From a virus: 64,000 bases of DNA. This document shows positions 1 to 8,468 of this stretch, piece by piece (the first letter of the stretch is position 1; each line of letters opens with the position of its first letter). The notes beneath the pieces are model-generated. The model worked only from the letters and a program-made list of their open reading frames with translations, ran no database searches and had not been told where the DNA came from. The position numbers and the translations under genes were made by a program. The stretch lies in the IMG/VR virus record IMGVR_UViG_3300034071_001657; one strand, given 5' to 3'.

Positions 1-50
1 TCGTGTTTAGTGATAAAAAATTTTTGAGTTCTTCATCATCTAAAGATATC

Positions 51-818
51 TCAACATTTTTCATTTAAGTCCTCATGTTGCATCTTAGCCACAATGTAGT
101 CTTTAACCAAAGATGACCTAACGATATCGTCAACGACAAATTCTATTCGAGTAAATGCTTTCATATGATATGCAATGTCAAAAAACTTTAGAATGCCTGA
201 TTTGTCATTGTTCTTTCTCAAATCAGTTTGTCTATAGTCACCACACCAAATAATCTTCGAACGATGTCCTACGCGAGTCATCACGGTATCGATTTCTTCA
301 AAATTCATGTTTTGCATTTCATCAACAATGATGATTGCATCATCGAAACTCATACCGCGAATAAATGACGTAGAAATAAATTGTACATGGCCTTGCTCTT
401 CGAGTCTATCCCATGCATCTTTTCTACCAAACAAATTTTCACATATTTGTCTATAAGGCTGCTGATAGATTTCCATCTTCTCAGAAACGTCACCTGGAAG
501 ATGTCCGATTTCTCTAGACTGCACTGCCGATCTTACAATGATGATTTTATTGAATGGGTTTGATTTGTCCAATACTTCTTCTAATGATTTATAGAGTGCT
601 ATGAAGGTTTTGCCTGTACCTGCCACACCGTGCAATGCTATAAAGTAGTCGCCTCTTTTGTATGCGTCAAAAAATTTTTGTTGATTTTCTGTAAGAGAGG
701 AGAATGTTTTTAGATGATTTAGCGTTATCTTGAGTGTATTGTTGGATTGCCTTTTTGTCTCCGATTCAATGTGTAATGAATTTGCGTTATCGATCAACTT
801 CAGTGCTTTTCTACCCAT
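51..818 (-). CDS. phoH: PhoH-family ATPase
   Basis: Walker A GVAGTGKT, IGHLPGDVSEK, FIRGMSFDDAIIIVDEMQN, GDYRQTDL, IVRS motifs. Confidence 0.95.
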   Translation of the reverse strand: MGRKALKLIDNANSLHIESETKRQSNNTLKITLNHLKTFSSLTENQQKFFDAYKRGDYFIALHGVAGTGKTFIALYKSLEEVLDKSNPFNKIIIVRSAVQSREIGHLPGDVSEKMEIYQQPYRQICENLFGRKDAWDRLEEQGHVQFISTSFIRGMSFDDAIIIVDEMQNMNFEEIDTVMTRVGHRSKIIWCGDYRQTDLRKNNDKSGILKFFDIAYHMKAFTRIEFVVDDIVRSSLVKDYIVAKMQHEDLNEKC

Positions 819-855
819 AGGTGAACCTCTATTGTTGATTTGAGTTCACCCCTAT

Positions 856-1092
856 TCAGAAGGTATTGATGTCTCCTTTCGGATGCGCGGCCTTAGCTTT
901 TGCAAGAACTTCCCTGAATCCTTGGTCGGGCTTTTTGACTCCCAAACGAATAGGATCTCCTATAATAGGGGCACCAAGAATCACAGACTCATATTGAGGA
1001 TTCTGTTTAAAGAACTCCTCCATCTCACTAATCTTCATACTTTTTTCGAAGACCTCTCCGGTAGTCTTGTCTCTAAAATTGTAGGTGGGCAT
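856..1092 (-). CDS. conserved T4-like phage protein, FmdB-like N-terminus (no Cys)
   Basis: MPTYNFRDKTTGEVFE start; typical neighbour of phoH in T4-like phages. Confidence 0.7.
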   Translation of the reverse strand: MPTYNFRDKTTGEVFEKSMKISEMEEFFKQNPQYESVILGAPIIGDPIRLGVKKPDQGFREVLAKAKAAHPKGDINTF

Positions 1093-1108
1093 AAACGTCC
1101 TTTGTTAG

Positions 1109-1666
1109 TCACACATTACTATGTAGTAAACTTTGATACCATTCCGGAACACTTCGGCGCGTCCACTTGGCAAAAGTATTCTTTGCGCCGGCGTAATATT
1201 GATGATATGAGGTTATCGAATCATTTTTCACTTTGTAGATATCAGGCATTGCCGGCGTAGGTTCACTGAACACACTGTTCGGAATGTTTTTAGGATAAAG
1301 ATACAATGCATTAGCCATACGCTTTTCTACGGCATGAATCTTGCCGTATCGATAGGTGTACTCTTTGCACAAGTAAAACCACATTTGATGAAGCCAGATA
1401 TAATTCTGCTTGCTTTGGCGCACCCATACGGCAGATGGATGATTGATATGAGAAGCCTTCATCATAATGGTTTCGTTTTCTCCTTCTAGACGCCATCGTT
1501 TGATTGATCGTCCATTTGCAGTCTTATCGACATACGGCACACCATCAAGCAAACGGTGTGCCGTAGACATCAGTTGCGCATACTCGATAATCATTTTGAC
1601 CACATGTTTATCGAGGTGCATTTCTGCACACGCGCGAGGATTTTTGTCTAGATAGAAAATGTTCAT
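1109..1666 (-). CDS. pyrimidine-dimer DNA glycosylase / endonuclease V-like family protein
   Basis: MNIFYLD...HxDKHVVKMIIEYAQLMSTAH, HINHPSAVWVR, EYTYRYGKIH, PAMPD motifs. Confidence 0.8.
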   Translation of the reverse strand: MNIFYLDKNPRACAEMHLDKHVVKMIIEYAQLMSTAHRLLDGVPYVDKTANGRSIKRWRLEGENETIMMKASHINHPSAVWVRQSKQNYIWLHQMWFYLCKEYTYRYGKIHAVEKRMANALYLYPKNIPNSVFSEPTPAMPDIYKVKNDSITSYHQYYAGAKNTFAKWTRRSVPEWYQSLLHSNV

Positions 1667-1908
1667 TGCAGCATGAATTTCTTAAGATAGGCTTTCAATT
1701 CTAGAGAAACATCTGGATCATTTTGCATATCTTTCAACTGCGACTCTGCTTCGGTCAACAATTCAAACGCATATTCAATATCATCTTGCTCCATTTCAAA
1801 GTACCATTTTCGCAAAGTTTCTGGTGTTGAGGTAAGTAGGAATCGCAAATTTTCCAAGTCTTCCTCGGGCATATCAAGACTCTCGATAGTCAACATAAGC
1901 TTACTCAT
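1663..1908 (-). CDS. hypothetical protein
   Basis: ORF with ATG at 1908; stop overlaps next gene. Confidence 0.6.
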   Translation of the reverse strand: MSKLMLTIESLDMPEEDLENLRFLLTSTPETLRKWYFEMEQDDIEYAFELLTEAESQLKDMQNDPDVSLELKAYLKKFMLQ

Positions 1909-1909
1909 T

Positions 1910-2188
1910 TTATGGCCTTTCCAAATCAAAACGAATTTCACGAACAGAATCGATACGAAACGAACGCCATTCAGAAAGTTCAACGTCAAACACTGCTAGA
2001 ACATCTTCACTTGCTGTGCGAACAGTTTCCGTTTTTCGTTCGTATGGAGGAACATCTTTGAGTGTACATAGCATGGTCCTCATCGTACCATCTTTCTTTT
2101 CAAAGATGACAGTGACCTCGGTTTCACGAAGAAGGCCTTTGAGCCATTCTTTCAATTCGCCTCGATCAATTTCACTCAGATTGTTCAT
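1910..2188 (-). CDS. WYL-like / SH3 beta-barrel protein
   Basis: VTVIFEKKDGTMRTMLCTL...AVFDVELSEWRSFRIDSV. Confidence 0.75.
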   Translation of the reverse strand: MNNLSEIDRGELKEWLKGLLRETEVTVIFEKKDGTMRTMLCTLKDVPPYERKTETVRTASEDVLAVFDVELSEWRSFRIDSVREIRFDLERP

Positions 2189-2366
2189 TCGAATTTCCTT
2201 TTAACATAAATTTTTTCAAAACTTTTTTTGCTTCTGAGACATCAAGAACAATGAAATCTTCAACTACAACATCAAGCTTTTTTCCAATTTCAAGCGTAAC
2301 ATTAGGAAGATTCGTTATGGTCAACGTATACTGCCACGGGCCTTGATGAAAACTTGGGCGCGTCAT
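2172..2366 (-). CDS. hypothetical protein
   Basis: ORF coupled to neighbours. Confidence 0.5.
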   Translation of the reverse strand: MTRPSFHQGPWQYTLTITNLPNVTLEIGKKLDVVVEDFIVLDVSEAKKVLKKFMLKGNSNEQSE

Positions 2367-2860
2367 TTGCTGAAAATCTCTTTGAGAATCGGAATTGTTT
2401 CTTTAATGTCTTGGTGAAGAATGCCTATACCACCATGTTCATTGAACCCGTCGATTACATCTGGTGTGTCATCGATGAGAATTGCATTGCCGGCAGCATA
2501 GTTTTTCTTGAGCCGGCGACCAGGAACAATGTTCACTTCCGAAAAACTCATGTTGCTTCGGCGCAGCCAATAGTTTTTCTGTCGCTTCACCTCATCATAA
2601 AATTGAGAGCCGCCACTTGAACTCAAGATTTGAATATCGAGAACACGATCCGACTGCTTGACAAAATCATAAAGTTCATGCGCTCCAGGAAAAAAGTCTA
2701 GAGTTTCGAACTGATTGCTTAGAATAAAATTTTCCCATTTAGAACTGAATCGTTTCACTTGACGAGTTTCGGCAGGAGACTCTCCATAGAGTTCAATCCA
2801 ACGCTTGTCAAAATAAGCGAGGACTCCATCCATATCAAAGTATACAACAAAGTGACTCAT
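2363..2860 (-). CDS. HAD-superfamily 5'(3')-deoxyribonucleotidase-like protein
   Basis: YFDMDGVL motif I, ILSS motif II, K, LIDD motif IV. Confidence 0.85.
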   Translation of the reverse strand: MSHFVVYFDMDGVLAYFDKRWIELYGESPAETRQVKRFSSKWENFILSNQFETLDFFPGAHELYDFVKQSDRVLDIQILSSSGGSQFYDEVKRQKNYWLRRSNMSFSEVNIVPGRRLKKNYAAGNAILIDDTPDVIDGFNEHGGIGILHQDIKETIPILKEIFSK

Positions 2861-2953
2861 TTTGTCAACACCGCAACAACAGGCAAACCTAGGTTGGCTA
2901 GTTGAATAAGAATAGCTTTATATTTCATCGTCATGATTTTAATTTTCTCCATG

Positions 2954-3127
2954 TCAATCTGCCATCGTAGAAGAAATGTATGCCAGGATACTACGAACAT
3001 CCGATTCAGCAACAGAGGTTTCACTCAGAACATAATGAACCAACGACTCACCCATTAGTCCTCGCCGCCAGCCGCTGAATATTAACTCACTCACTTCTAA
3101 GAAAACTTCTTCACTATATCCAGGCAT
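2954..3127 (-). CDS. small hypothetical protein (57 aa, below ORF-track cutoff)
   Basis: MPGYSEEVFLEV...STMAD read by hand; AAGGA upstream. Confidence 0.5.
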   Translation of the reverse strand: MPGYSEEVFLEVSELIFSGWRRGLMGESLVHYVLSETSVAESDVRSILAYISSTMAD

Positions 3128-3138
3128 TTTGAATTCCT

Positions 3139-3612
3139 TTACAAGAGGTTCACATACTCCCGCGCAAAGCTTTGATCTTCGAAAGCCTCAACGTCGGAAT
3201 CGATTTCATCAAGAACATCAACGATACCACTGGCAAGCATCTTTGGGGATGACTCGCTCACGGGATCATTCTCAATGGGATCATTCACAAGTTCAACCAC
3301 AATGGGAGCCACAGCAGCAGCGGCAGCAACTTTCGAGGTTTTTGCTTTCGGAGTTTTAGCAGGTTTCACAACAGGAGCAGCAGGTGAAGCACTAGCAACG
3401 GAACCAGAACCAACCAATTCGTAAGCCACAACAGTACGACCGTCACGAACGGACCTAACAGCAAAAGTAGTATTCTTTTTGATTTCCCAGAGATAGGTTG
3501 AAAGACGCGAAGGAACGATATCGGGAAGAGCCTTGACCGCTTCGACGGTCATAGGACCGCCGGCAGCACGAAGAGCCTCAAGAACTTTGAGATACTGAAG
3601 AGATTTAGCCAT
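3139..3612 (-). CDS. putative winged-HTH DNA-binding protein with Ala/Pro/Lys linker and acidic tail
   Basis: helix-rich N-terminus (SRLSTYLWEIKK) plus wing (VRDGRTVVAYEL); own sigma70 promoter. Confidence 0.6.
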   Translation of the reverse strand: MAKSLQYLKVLEALRAAGGPMTVEAVKALPDIVPSRLSTYLWEIKKNTTFAVRSVRDGRTVVAYELVGSGSVASASPAAPVVKPAKTPKAKTSKVAAAAAVAPIVVELVNDPIENDPVSESSPKMLASGIVDVLDEIDSDVEAFEDQSFAREYVNLL

Positions 3613-3656
3613 GATGAAATTTCCTTTCAAAGAATAAAATGAACTACCACAATATT

Positions 3657-3720
3657 ATAGTATCACAACAGGGAATTAATGTCAAATGTTTTTTGAACGA
3701 GTTGTTGCTTTTTTACAACA
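3657..3720 (-). promoter_or_regulatory. early sigma70 promoter with upstream TGTTG-N8-CAACA palindrome
   Basis: TTGACA(3680-3685)-N17-TACTAT(3657-3662); palindrome 3703-3720. Confidence 0.8.
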
Positions 3721-3905
3721 GTAAAAGATGTCGGAATTATCGTATTTCCTTCGGTGTCCATCTCTAAAATCTTGCCGAGGGCAATCCAATCTTCAACGCC
3801 CAGATCATATCCAGTTTCGTTTGCGAGGTATTCGGCCGCGCCTAGAATGGTATCAAAGCTTTGTTGCCGCGAATGATTTAGTGCGAAAGGTCGTGCAATG
3901 TACAT
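3663..3905 (-). CDS. hypothetical protein
   Basis: ORF with GGAG SD. Confidence 0.6.
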   Translation of the reverse strand: MYIARPFALNHSRQQSFDTILGAAEYLANETGYDLGVEDWIALGKILEMDTEGNTIIPTSFTVVKKQQLVQKTFDINSLL

Positions 3906-3907
3906 AA

Positions 3908-4069
3908 TTAACTCCGCATGCTATTGACACCGGAGATGGCAAGGCCAAATCCAAGGGTTACAAAGACACCTTGCCAAAACAAGTACGAATAGGTTGGATC
4001 GGTAGGCATGTTATCCATACCACCAACAACACCAAACACAAGCAGAATACCAAGAATGAATCGAATCAT
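3908..4069 (-). CDS. small membrane protein (53 aa)
   Basis: MIRFILGILLVFGVVGG...; GGAG SD; two hydrophobic stretches. Confidence 0.6.
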   Translation of the reverse strand: MIRFILGILLVFGVVGGMDNMPTDPTYSYLFWQGVFVTLGFGLAISGVNSMRS

Positions 4070-4070
4070 T

Positions 4071-4238
4071 TTACTCTCCAATCAAATCATCAGCATCAGG
4101 ACCAAAGAAGCGAGGATTGGCTAGCAATATAACTTCAAGCCACTCCTCATCGATCATATCGCAATACTCATTCGCCCTGGTTTGCGCCGCATCGGCTGAA
4201 ATTAAAGAAAGCATGTAATTAATTAGGGTATCATTCAT
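4071..4238 (-). CDS. small hypothetical protein (55 aa)
   Basis: MNDTLINYML...; AAGGAG SD. Confidence 0.55.
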   Translation of the reverse strand: MNDTLINYMLSLISADAAQTRANEYCDMIDEEWLEVILLANPRFFGPDADDLIGE

Positions 4239-4247
4239 ATCGGCTCC

Positions 4248-4526
4248 TTATTTGTCATCGTCCATTACGTAATTGGACAGAATCCACTTTGCACGATTGA
4301 GCATTTGGCGGACATCCTCGACAATCATCATATCGTAGGAGCCACCGTTATCTGAAGCAAGCATTTCCTGACAGTCACTCATCAGGCTCATGGCGTACAT
4401 GACGGGACCTGAGAATCGAAACGTCAAAGACTCCTCAACAGCAGCCCGCATCTGGGAAACGGTGCAGCCGTACATACGGACTTCCCGCTGAAGATTGGCG
4501 GGCATATCAGCAAATCGATGAGACAT
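4248..4526 (-). CDS. hypothetical protein
   Basis: AAGGAG SD, downstream of promoter. Confidence 0.65.
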   Translation of the reverse strand: MSHRFADMPANLQREVRMYGCTVSQMRAAVEESLTFRFSGPVMYAMSLMSDCQEMLASDNGGSYDMMIVEDVRQMLNRAKWILSNYVMDDDK

Positions 4527-4561
4527 CAACTACTCCTTACAAAAATCTCAACACAGATATG

Positions 4562-4623
4562 ATTATACACGGTTCGGAAAAGAACGCAAGTTGTATTTTT
4601 GCAACAGTTGTTTTTTCACAACA
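4562..4623 (-). promoter_or_regulatory. early sigma70 promoter with two tandem GTTG-N8-CAAC palindromes
   Basis: TTGCGT(4584-4589)-N16-TATAAT(4562-4567); palindromes 4590-4606 and 4607-4623. Confidence 0.8.
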
Positions 4624-4867
4624 CACCTAGGCTTTTGCGAATTTCATTTCGCTGTTCCCTGGTGAGAGGGATTTTTCGGGTTTCATAGTCTTCGAAGATC
4701 GAATTCACCCAAGCATTGTATAGGGTCAAATGGTTTTCGGAAAGCTTAACCGCTTGGCGAATTTTTTCCTGAGAGGCTTCACCTCTCGACCAAACTCTGT
4801 GGTCATCACTGTAGGCATAGTACCAATCATGGCGAGCCAGAAGAGTGTCAAATTCCTGAAGATTCAT
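4616..4867 (-). CDS. hypothetical protein (HDWYYxYSDDHRVW family)
   Basis: motif recurrent in phage early genes. Confidence 0.65.
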   Translation of the reverse strand: MNLQEFDTLLARHDWYYAYSDDHRVWSRGEASQEKIRQAVKLSENHLTLYNAWVNSIFEDYETRKIPLTREQRNEIRKSLGVL

Positions 4868-4877
4868 TTTCGTTTCC

Positions 4878-5192
4878 TTAAAACGTGTTTAGACTTGGCG
4901 CGAGTTCGGCAATCAATTCACGCTCTCGCGCGTGGGCAGGCTTGCGACCGCGAATCACTTCCAGGACCTGATAGGTCCATGAGCAATCCGCTAGGGCGCG
5001 CAATGCGCGGCAGAAGTTCCAATTTTTGTTTTCGCATTTGGCGCGACTCACGTGCTTTTGCCAGCGAACTTTTACGCTACGCACGTAGGCATGGCCTTGC
5101 GCAACAGTGATACCGATATATTCATCACCAGTGTCCACGCAGGTAACCTTGTAGACAACGTGATTTCGGTCGCAACGGCGTTTTTTCATCAT
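4878..5192 (-). CDS. stand-alone GIY-YIG nuclease-domain protein
   Basis: VVYKVT...EYIGIT, R, H, E (ERELI), LN pattern. Confidence 0.7.
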   Translation of the reverse strand: MMKKRRCDRNHVVYKVTCVDTGDEYIGITVAQGHAYVRSVKVRWQKHVSRAKCENKNWNFCRALRALADCSWTYQVLEVIRGRKPAHARERELIAELAPSLNTF

Positions 5193-5198
5193 GTAAAC

Positions 5199-5259
5199 AT
5201 GATACCATAGTCGGAAAAAATGTCAAGAACTTTTTTTGACTTGTTGTTTTCATGCAACA
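5199..5259 (-). promoter_or_regulatory. early sigma70 promoter with TGTTG-N8-CAACA palindrome
   Basis: TTGACA(5221-5226)-N16-TATCAT; palindrome 5242-5259. Confidence 0.8.
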
Positions 5260-5276
5260 AAGAAAAACGCGGTTTT

Positions 5277-5333
5277 GGGCGGCTTTTTTGGCGTGGTTAA
5301 TGCTAGCGTATCAGCCAACGCCCAAAGCCGCCC
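5277..5333. repeat. GC-rich long imperfect inverted repeat
   Basis: GGGCGGCTTT...GGCGT...ACGCC...AAAGCCGCCC. Confidence 0.7.
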
Positions 5334-5432
5334 TAATCGACGGATGGGAAGCTTATCGGCTATCGTCGCCCTGTACACTAGACAGATAAACGGTTTCAGA
5401 AGCATATTTTCGGCTATGTTAGTTAGTGCTTA

Positions 5433-5732
5433 CTAACATACGAATTTGCTGACCAGAAACCGCTTGGCTTCGAAAACGCTTCGGCATAGATTTTTTCTAT
5501 TGGTTCCAGAGTCTCGATAGACAATCTCAATTTTACTAGGGGAATGAACCAGAATCGTTCCGAACAAATCCTTGGATCGCCCGAAAGGTAGGCTGTAGCA
5601 ATCACCCTTTTCGGTCTTAAGTTTTCGATGACGGCCAGCGTCCTTGATACGATACAAGTCTCCGAAGAAAATTGTATCGTTTAGTTCGTGGACGATTGAC
5701 CTGCGCGGACCCATGCCCTCATGATAGAACAT
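5433..5732 (-). CDS. hypothetical protein
   Basis: ORF with AAGGAG SD, TGATG coupling. Confidence 0.6.
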   Translation of the reverse strand: MFYHEGMGPRRSIVHELNDTIFFGDLYRIKDAGRHRKLKTEKGDCYSLPFGRSKDLFGTILVHSPSKIEIVYRDSGTNRKNLCRSVFEAKRFLVSKFVC

Positions 5733-5848
5733 CAGTGCATCTCCTTGTGCGGATACTTCGGAGGCTTGCGCCGTTTGTCCGAGACTATTCGCATTTTGTA
5801 TTTGGGGGACCGAAGGTCCCGCGCAACAGGATTTCTTTTTGTCTTCAC
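5732..5848 (-). CDS. small basic protein, ArfA-like (38 aa)
   Basis: MKTKRNPVARDLRSPKYKMRIVSDKRRKPPKYPHKEMH; GTGA and TGATG overlaps on both sides. Confidence 0.55.
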   Translation of the reverse strand: MKTKRNPVARDLRSPKYKMRIVSDKRRKPPKYPHKEMH

Positions 5849-6246
5849 TTTACAAGTTTGTATGGTTTGTTCCACTTACCGATGTTGACATCGACATAGT
5901 AAGCGGTGTTAAAGTAATCGGTCTGTGCATCAGACTCATCGTACCAATCGGCACCCTTCAGGGCACGGAAAGCTTCCGTCAGAAAGTTCTTGGCAACACC
6001 GCTGAAGTGTTCATGGAACCAGTACGGGTTTACGTCAATCGAACCGTAACGGCGAACGAAGGATTCATCTTTGCACTTGCCATCGGCCAAATAGTTCTCG
6101 ATGAAATCGATTTTGCCAGACTTCACATTCAGCACGATAGTCGAATGATTGTGAACCGCAAGAGTGCCTTTGACGCCGTATTTAGCCAGGATCGGCTTGA
6201 GCAGGGAGGCAATCTTTGCTTTCTTTTCTTGGGACATGTAAGCCAT
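5845..6246 (-). CDS. conserved hypothetical phage protein
   Basis: MAYMSQE...WYDESDAQTDYFNTAYYVDVNIGKWNKPY. Confidence 0.75.
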   Translation of the reverse strand: MAYMSQEKKAKIASLLKPILAKYGVKGTLAVHNHSTIVLNVKSGKIDFIENYLADGKCKDESFVRRYGSIDVNPYWFHEHFSGVAKNFLTEAFRALKGADWYDESDAQTDYFNTAYYVDVNIGKWNKPYKLVK

Positions 6247-6266
6247 GAGAATTCTCCGAATTCAGA

Positions 6267-6554
6267 TTAACGAAGGTAGAGATAACCGCCAGACCAGGTG
6301 ATATTGGTCGGGAAGTTTGTCAACAGATTGTATCGAACATGCTTGGCAGGAGCATTCCAGGACGCAGGCATGTAGATATCACCAGTCTTCATATCAACGA
6401 ACGAATGAACCGACCGCGAATCGCCGTGAGTCACATTGATTACTTTGGCGTATTTACGGCCGTATGCAACCTCAACATCAAAGGTTAGCGAACCTTTGTA
6501 AGAAGCTTTGATGTCGGCAACATAGTCATTCAGAAGATCGGACAGAGCATTCAT
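6267..6554 (-). CDS. conserved hypothetical phage protein
   Basis: GRKYAKV...SVHSFVDMKTGDIYMPASWNAPAKHVRYNL; start moved downstream of promoter. Confidence 0.75.
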   Translation of the reverse strand: MNALSDLLNDYVADIKASYKGSLTFDVEVAYGRKYAKVINVTHGDSRSVHSFVDMKTGDIYMPASWNAPAKHVRYNLLTNFPTNITWSGGYLYLR

Positions 6555-6585
6555 GTTTAGTTCCAAATCAATCACAACAGAATCG

Positions 6586-6634
6586 ATTATACGCTTTTCG
6601 GGAGACTTGTCAAGCGTGTTGTACAAAAACAACA
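6586..6634 (-). promoter_or_regulatory. early sigma70 promoter with TGTTG-N8-CAACA palindrome
   Basis: TTGACA(6608-6613)-N16-TATAAT(6586-6591); palindrome 6617-6634. Confidence 0.85.
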
Positions 6635-6973
6635 TTACTTACCAGACCGAGCCTTTCGCATTCTTGCATAGAGCATTTTAATTGCAGCCTTGTGCCCATA
6701 CTTCATGATTTCCTCCCTATGGAGGCGACCCTCTTCCCTAAGTTTGGCGTGATATTCTTCGCTGGCTGCGGCTACTTCCTTAGCAAGTTCAGGACCGTAA
6801 GTCAGAACACCGACGGCCTCTTCAATCTCACGTTTTACTTTTGTTGCTGATACTCCGTAAATCTCCGCAACCATGCGGACCCGCGCATAATGTGGAGTAG
6901 TGCTCTCACCCATATAGCCAGCACTATGAGCAATTTCAGCCTCGCGGCGAATCGTTTCTTCGTAGGTTCTCAT
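6635..6973 (-). CDS. hypothetical protein
   Basis: AGGAG SD, downstream of promoter. Confidence 0.6.
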   Translation of the reverse strand: MRTYEETIRREAEIAHSAGYMGESTTPHYARVRMVAEIYGVSATKVKREIEEAVGVLTYGPELAKEVAAASEEYHAKLREEGRLHREEIMKYGHKAAIKMLYARMRKARSGK

Positions 6974-7002
6974 TTTTGACACTCCTTGTTTCGACAGAAT
7001 CT

Positions 7003-7061
7003 ATTATAGAGATTTCGGTAGATTTGTCAAGAAGTTTTTGGGGTGTTGTTTTTACGCAACA
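7003..7061 (-). promoter_or_regulatory. early sigma70 promoter with TGTTG-N8-CAACA palindrome
   Basis: TTGACA(7025-7030)-N16-TATAAT(7003-7008); palindrome 7044-7061. Confidence 0.85.
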
Positions 7062-7420
7062 GTTTTGAGATATCCGAATGGAAGATTGAAACGGTACTCG
7101 ATATAGCCGTGGTCTTCACTGCCAAACCCACTGTCATGGGCAATCTGATTTATCGCGGTTTCGCGGTCAGATGCGCCCGCCTGAATGTATTCTCGGACGC
7201 GGGTTTCAAACTGCACAGTCGCGCAGGCCTGTGCTAGGCGCTCCTCTGCCATTTGCTCTTCGAGAGCAATGGAGAGTGCATTAATCTGGGCATTGAACCC
7301 CTCCAGCGTCCAATTGGAAGTGTCCACACCGCGTGGGCGAACACCGTGGACATCTTTATAAAGGTCCCACCACGTGGCGGAGGCTTGTTCGAGAGGAGAC
7401 ATTTCGTTCCAGGTTTTCAT
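7052..7420 (-). CDS. conserved hypothetical phage protein
   Basis: WDLYKDVHGVRPR motif. Confidence 0.7.
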   Translation of the reverse strand: MKTWNEMSPLEQASATWWDLYKDVHGVRPRGVDTSNWTLEGFNAQINALSIALEEQMAEERLAQACATVQFETRVREYIQAGASDRETAINQIAHDSGFGSEDHGYIEYRFNLPFGYLKTVA

Positions 7421-7421
7421 G

Positions 7422-7670
7422 TTAGATCAAGTCCACTTGAACATCGACGGAAGTACGTTCCATGCGATCATTGTAGAAGGTACTGGTATAAGCAAACCCA
7501 GTGATTTTCTCGCGAGCAATATGCTCTAGAGCATTCCAAGCAGCAACCCGCTGTTCAGTAAAAGTCATTTGAGTCATACCCTCAACGGTAGTCACGAAAC
7601 CGACACCGTTAACGATCACACGGACGGGCTGAGAATTTTTCAATCCACGAATCACTGAGCGAGTACGCAT
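7422..7670 (-). CDS. hypothetical protein
   Basis: MRTRSVIRGLKNSQPVRVIV; ATG at 7670. Confidence 0.6.
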   Translation of the reverse strand: MRTRSVIRGLKNSQPVRVIVNGVGFVTTVEGMTQMTFTEQRVAAWNALEHIAREKITGFAYTSTFYNDRMERTSVDVQVDLI

Positions 7671-7772
7671 ATTAGAGCACCATCCCAAGAAGAAACACGA
7701 AAGAGACAAGACCAACAAACATCACACTGGGCAGAATCATTTTTTCCTCACTCGTCAATCACTACAGGATCA

Positions 7773-7831
7773 ATTATACTCTTTTCGGTAGACTTGTCAA
7801 GTGGTTTTTAAAGTGTTGTTTTTATACAACT
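7773..7831 (-). promoter_or_regulatory. early sigma70 promoter with TGTTG-N8-CAAC palindrome
   Basis: TTGACA(7795-7800)-N16-TATAAT(7773-7778); palindrome 7814-7830. Confidence 0.85.
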
Positions 7832-8024
7832 AGTGATAACTTCCCTCTGCATGACTTAGAATGTACTTTGCAACTTCTAATTTTCCTTCGTCGCTTGACT
7901 CCCAGACTTCGTTTGGTGTAGACATATTAAAATGATAGTTTTGACTGTCCCACCACCGATTGACTAGCGTAGTTGAACCTAGCATTGAATATAGGACATC
8001 ATTTAGTTTTTCTTTTGATTTCAT
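7830..8024 (-). CDS. hypothetical protein
   Basis: ATGA coupling. Confidence 0.55.
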   Translation of the reverse strand: MKSKEKLNDVLYSMLGSTTLVNRWWDSQNYHFNMSTPNEVWESSDEGKLEVAKYILSHAEGSYH

Positions 8025-8467
8025 CGATCTTCCTCTTTCGAGTGTTCATCGCAGGCGGTGTAAAACCAGTGTCTGCCGCGCATTCTTCCTAGATTGCCGC
8101 ATTGTTCACAGGTGATTGAACTCATCATTTCGGCCATGCGAACCATGCCATCGATTGTGTCATCGCCGCCATCATAGTAGAACCGAAGTGTACCATACTT
8201 CTCTTTTACTTGTGTTACGGTAACCTGAGGAATAAGGTCATATGGTTTTTGGTCGTAGTCGGGGTACTTTTTCCTATTTTCTTCGATTCGTTCGTTAGAC
8301 TCTTTACGAAAATCAATGTACGTCTGAATCTGATAGCAGAGTGCATCGAGAAGAGGGAACCAACCACTACCACATTCAATACCGAACATGGAAAATGGTT
8401 CAAGTTCACGCCCTTTGCGAACCTGAAAGATCAGAGGATATTTTTCGAACAATTCATTAACGGTCAT
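8021..8467 (-). CDS. conserved phage protein with C-terminal CxxC...C zinc site
   Basis: ECGSGW, QVKEKYGTLRFY, TCEQCG...TACDEH. Confidence 0.75.
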   Translation of the reverse strand: MTVNELFEKYPLIFQVRKGRELEPFSMFGIECGSGWFPLLDALCYQIQTYIDFRKESNERIEENRKKYPDYDQKPYDLIPQVTVTQVKEKYGTLRFYYDGGDDTIDGMVRMAEMMSSITCEQCGNLGRMRGRHWFYTACDEHSKEEDR

Positions 8468-8468
8468 T

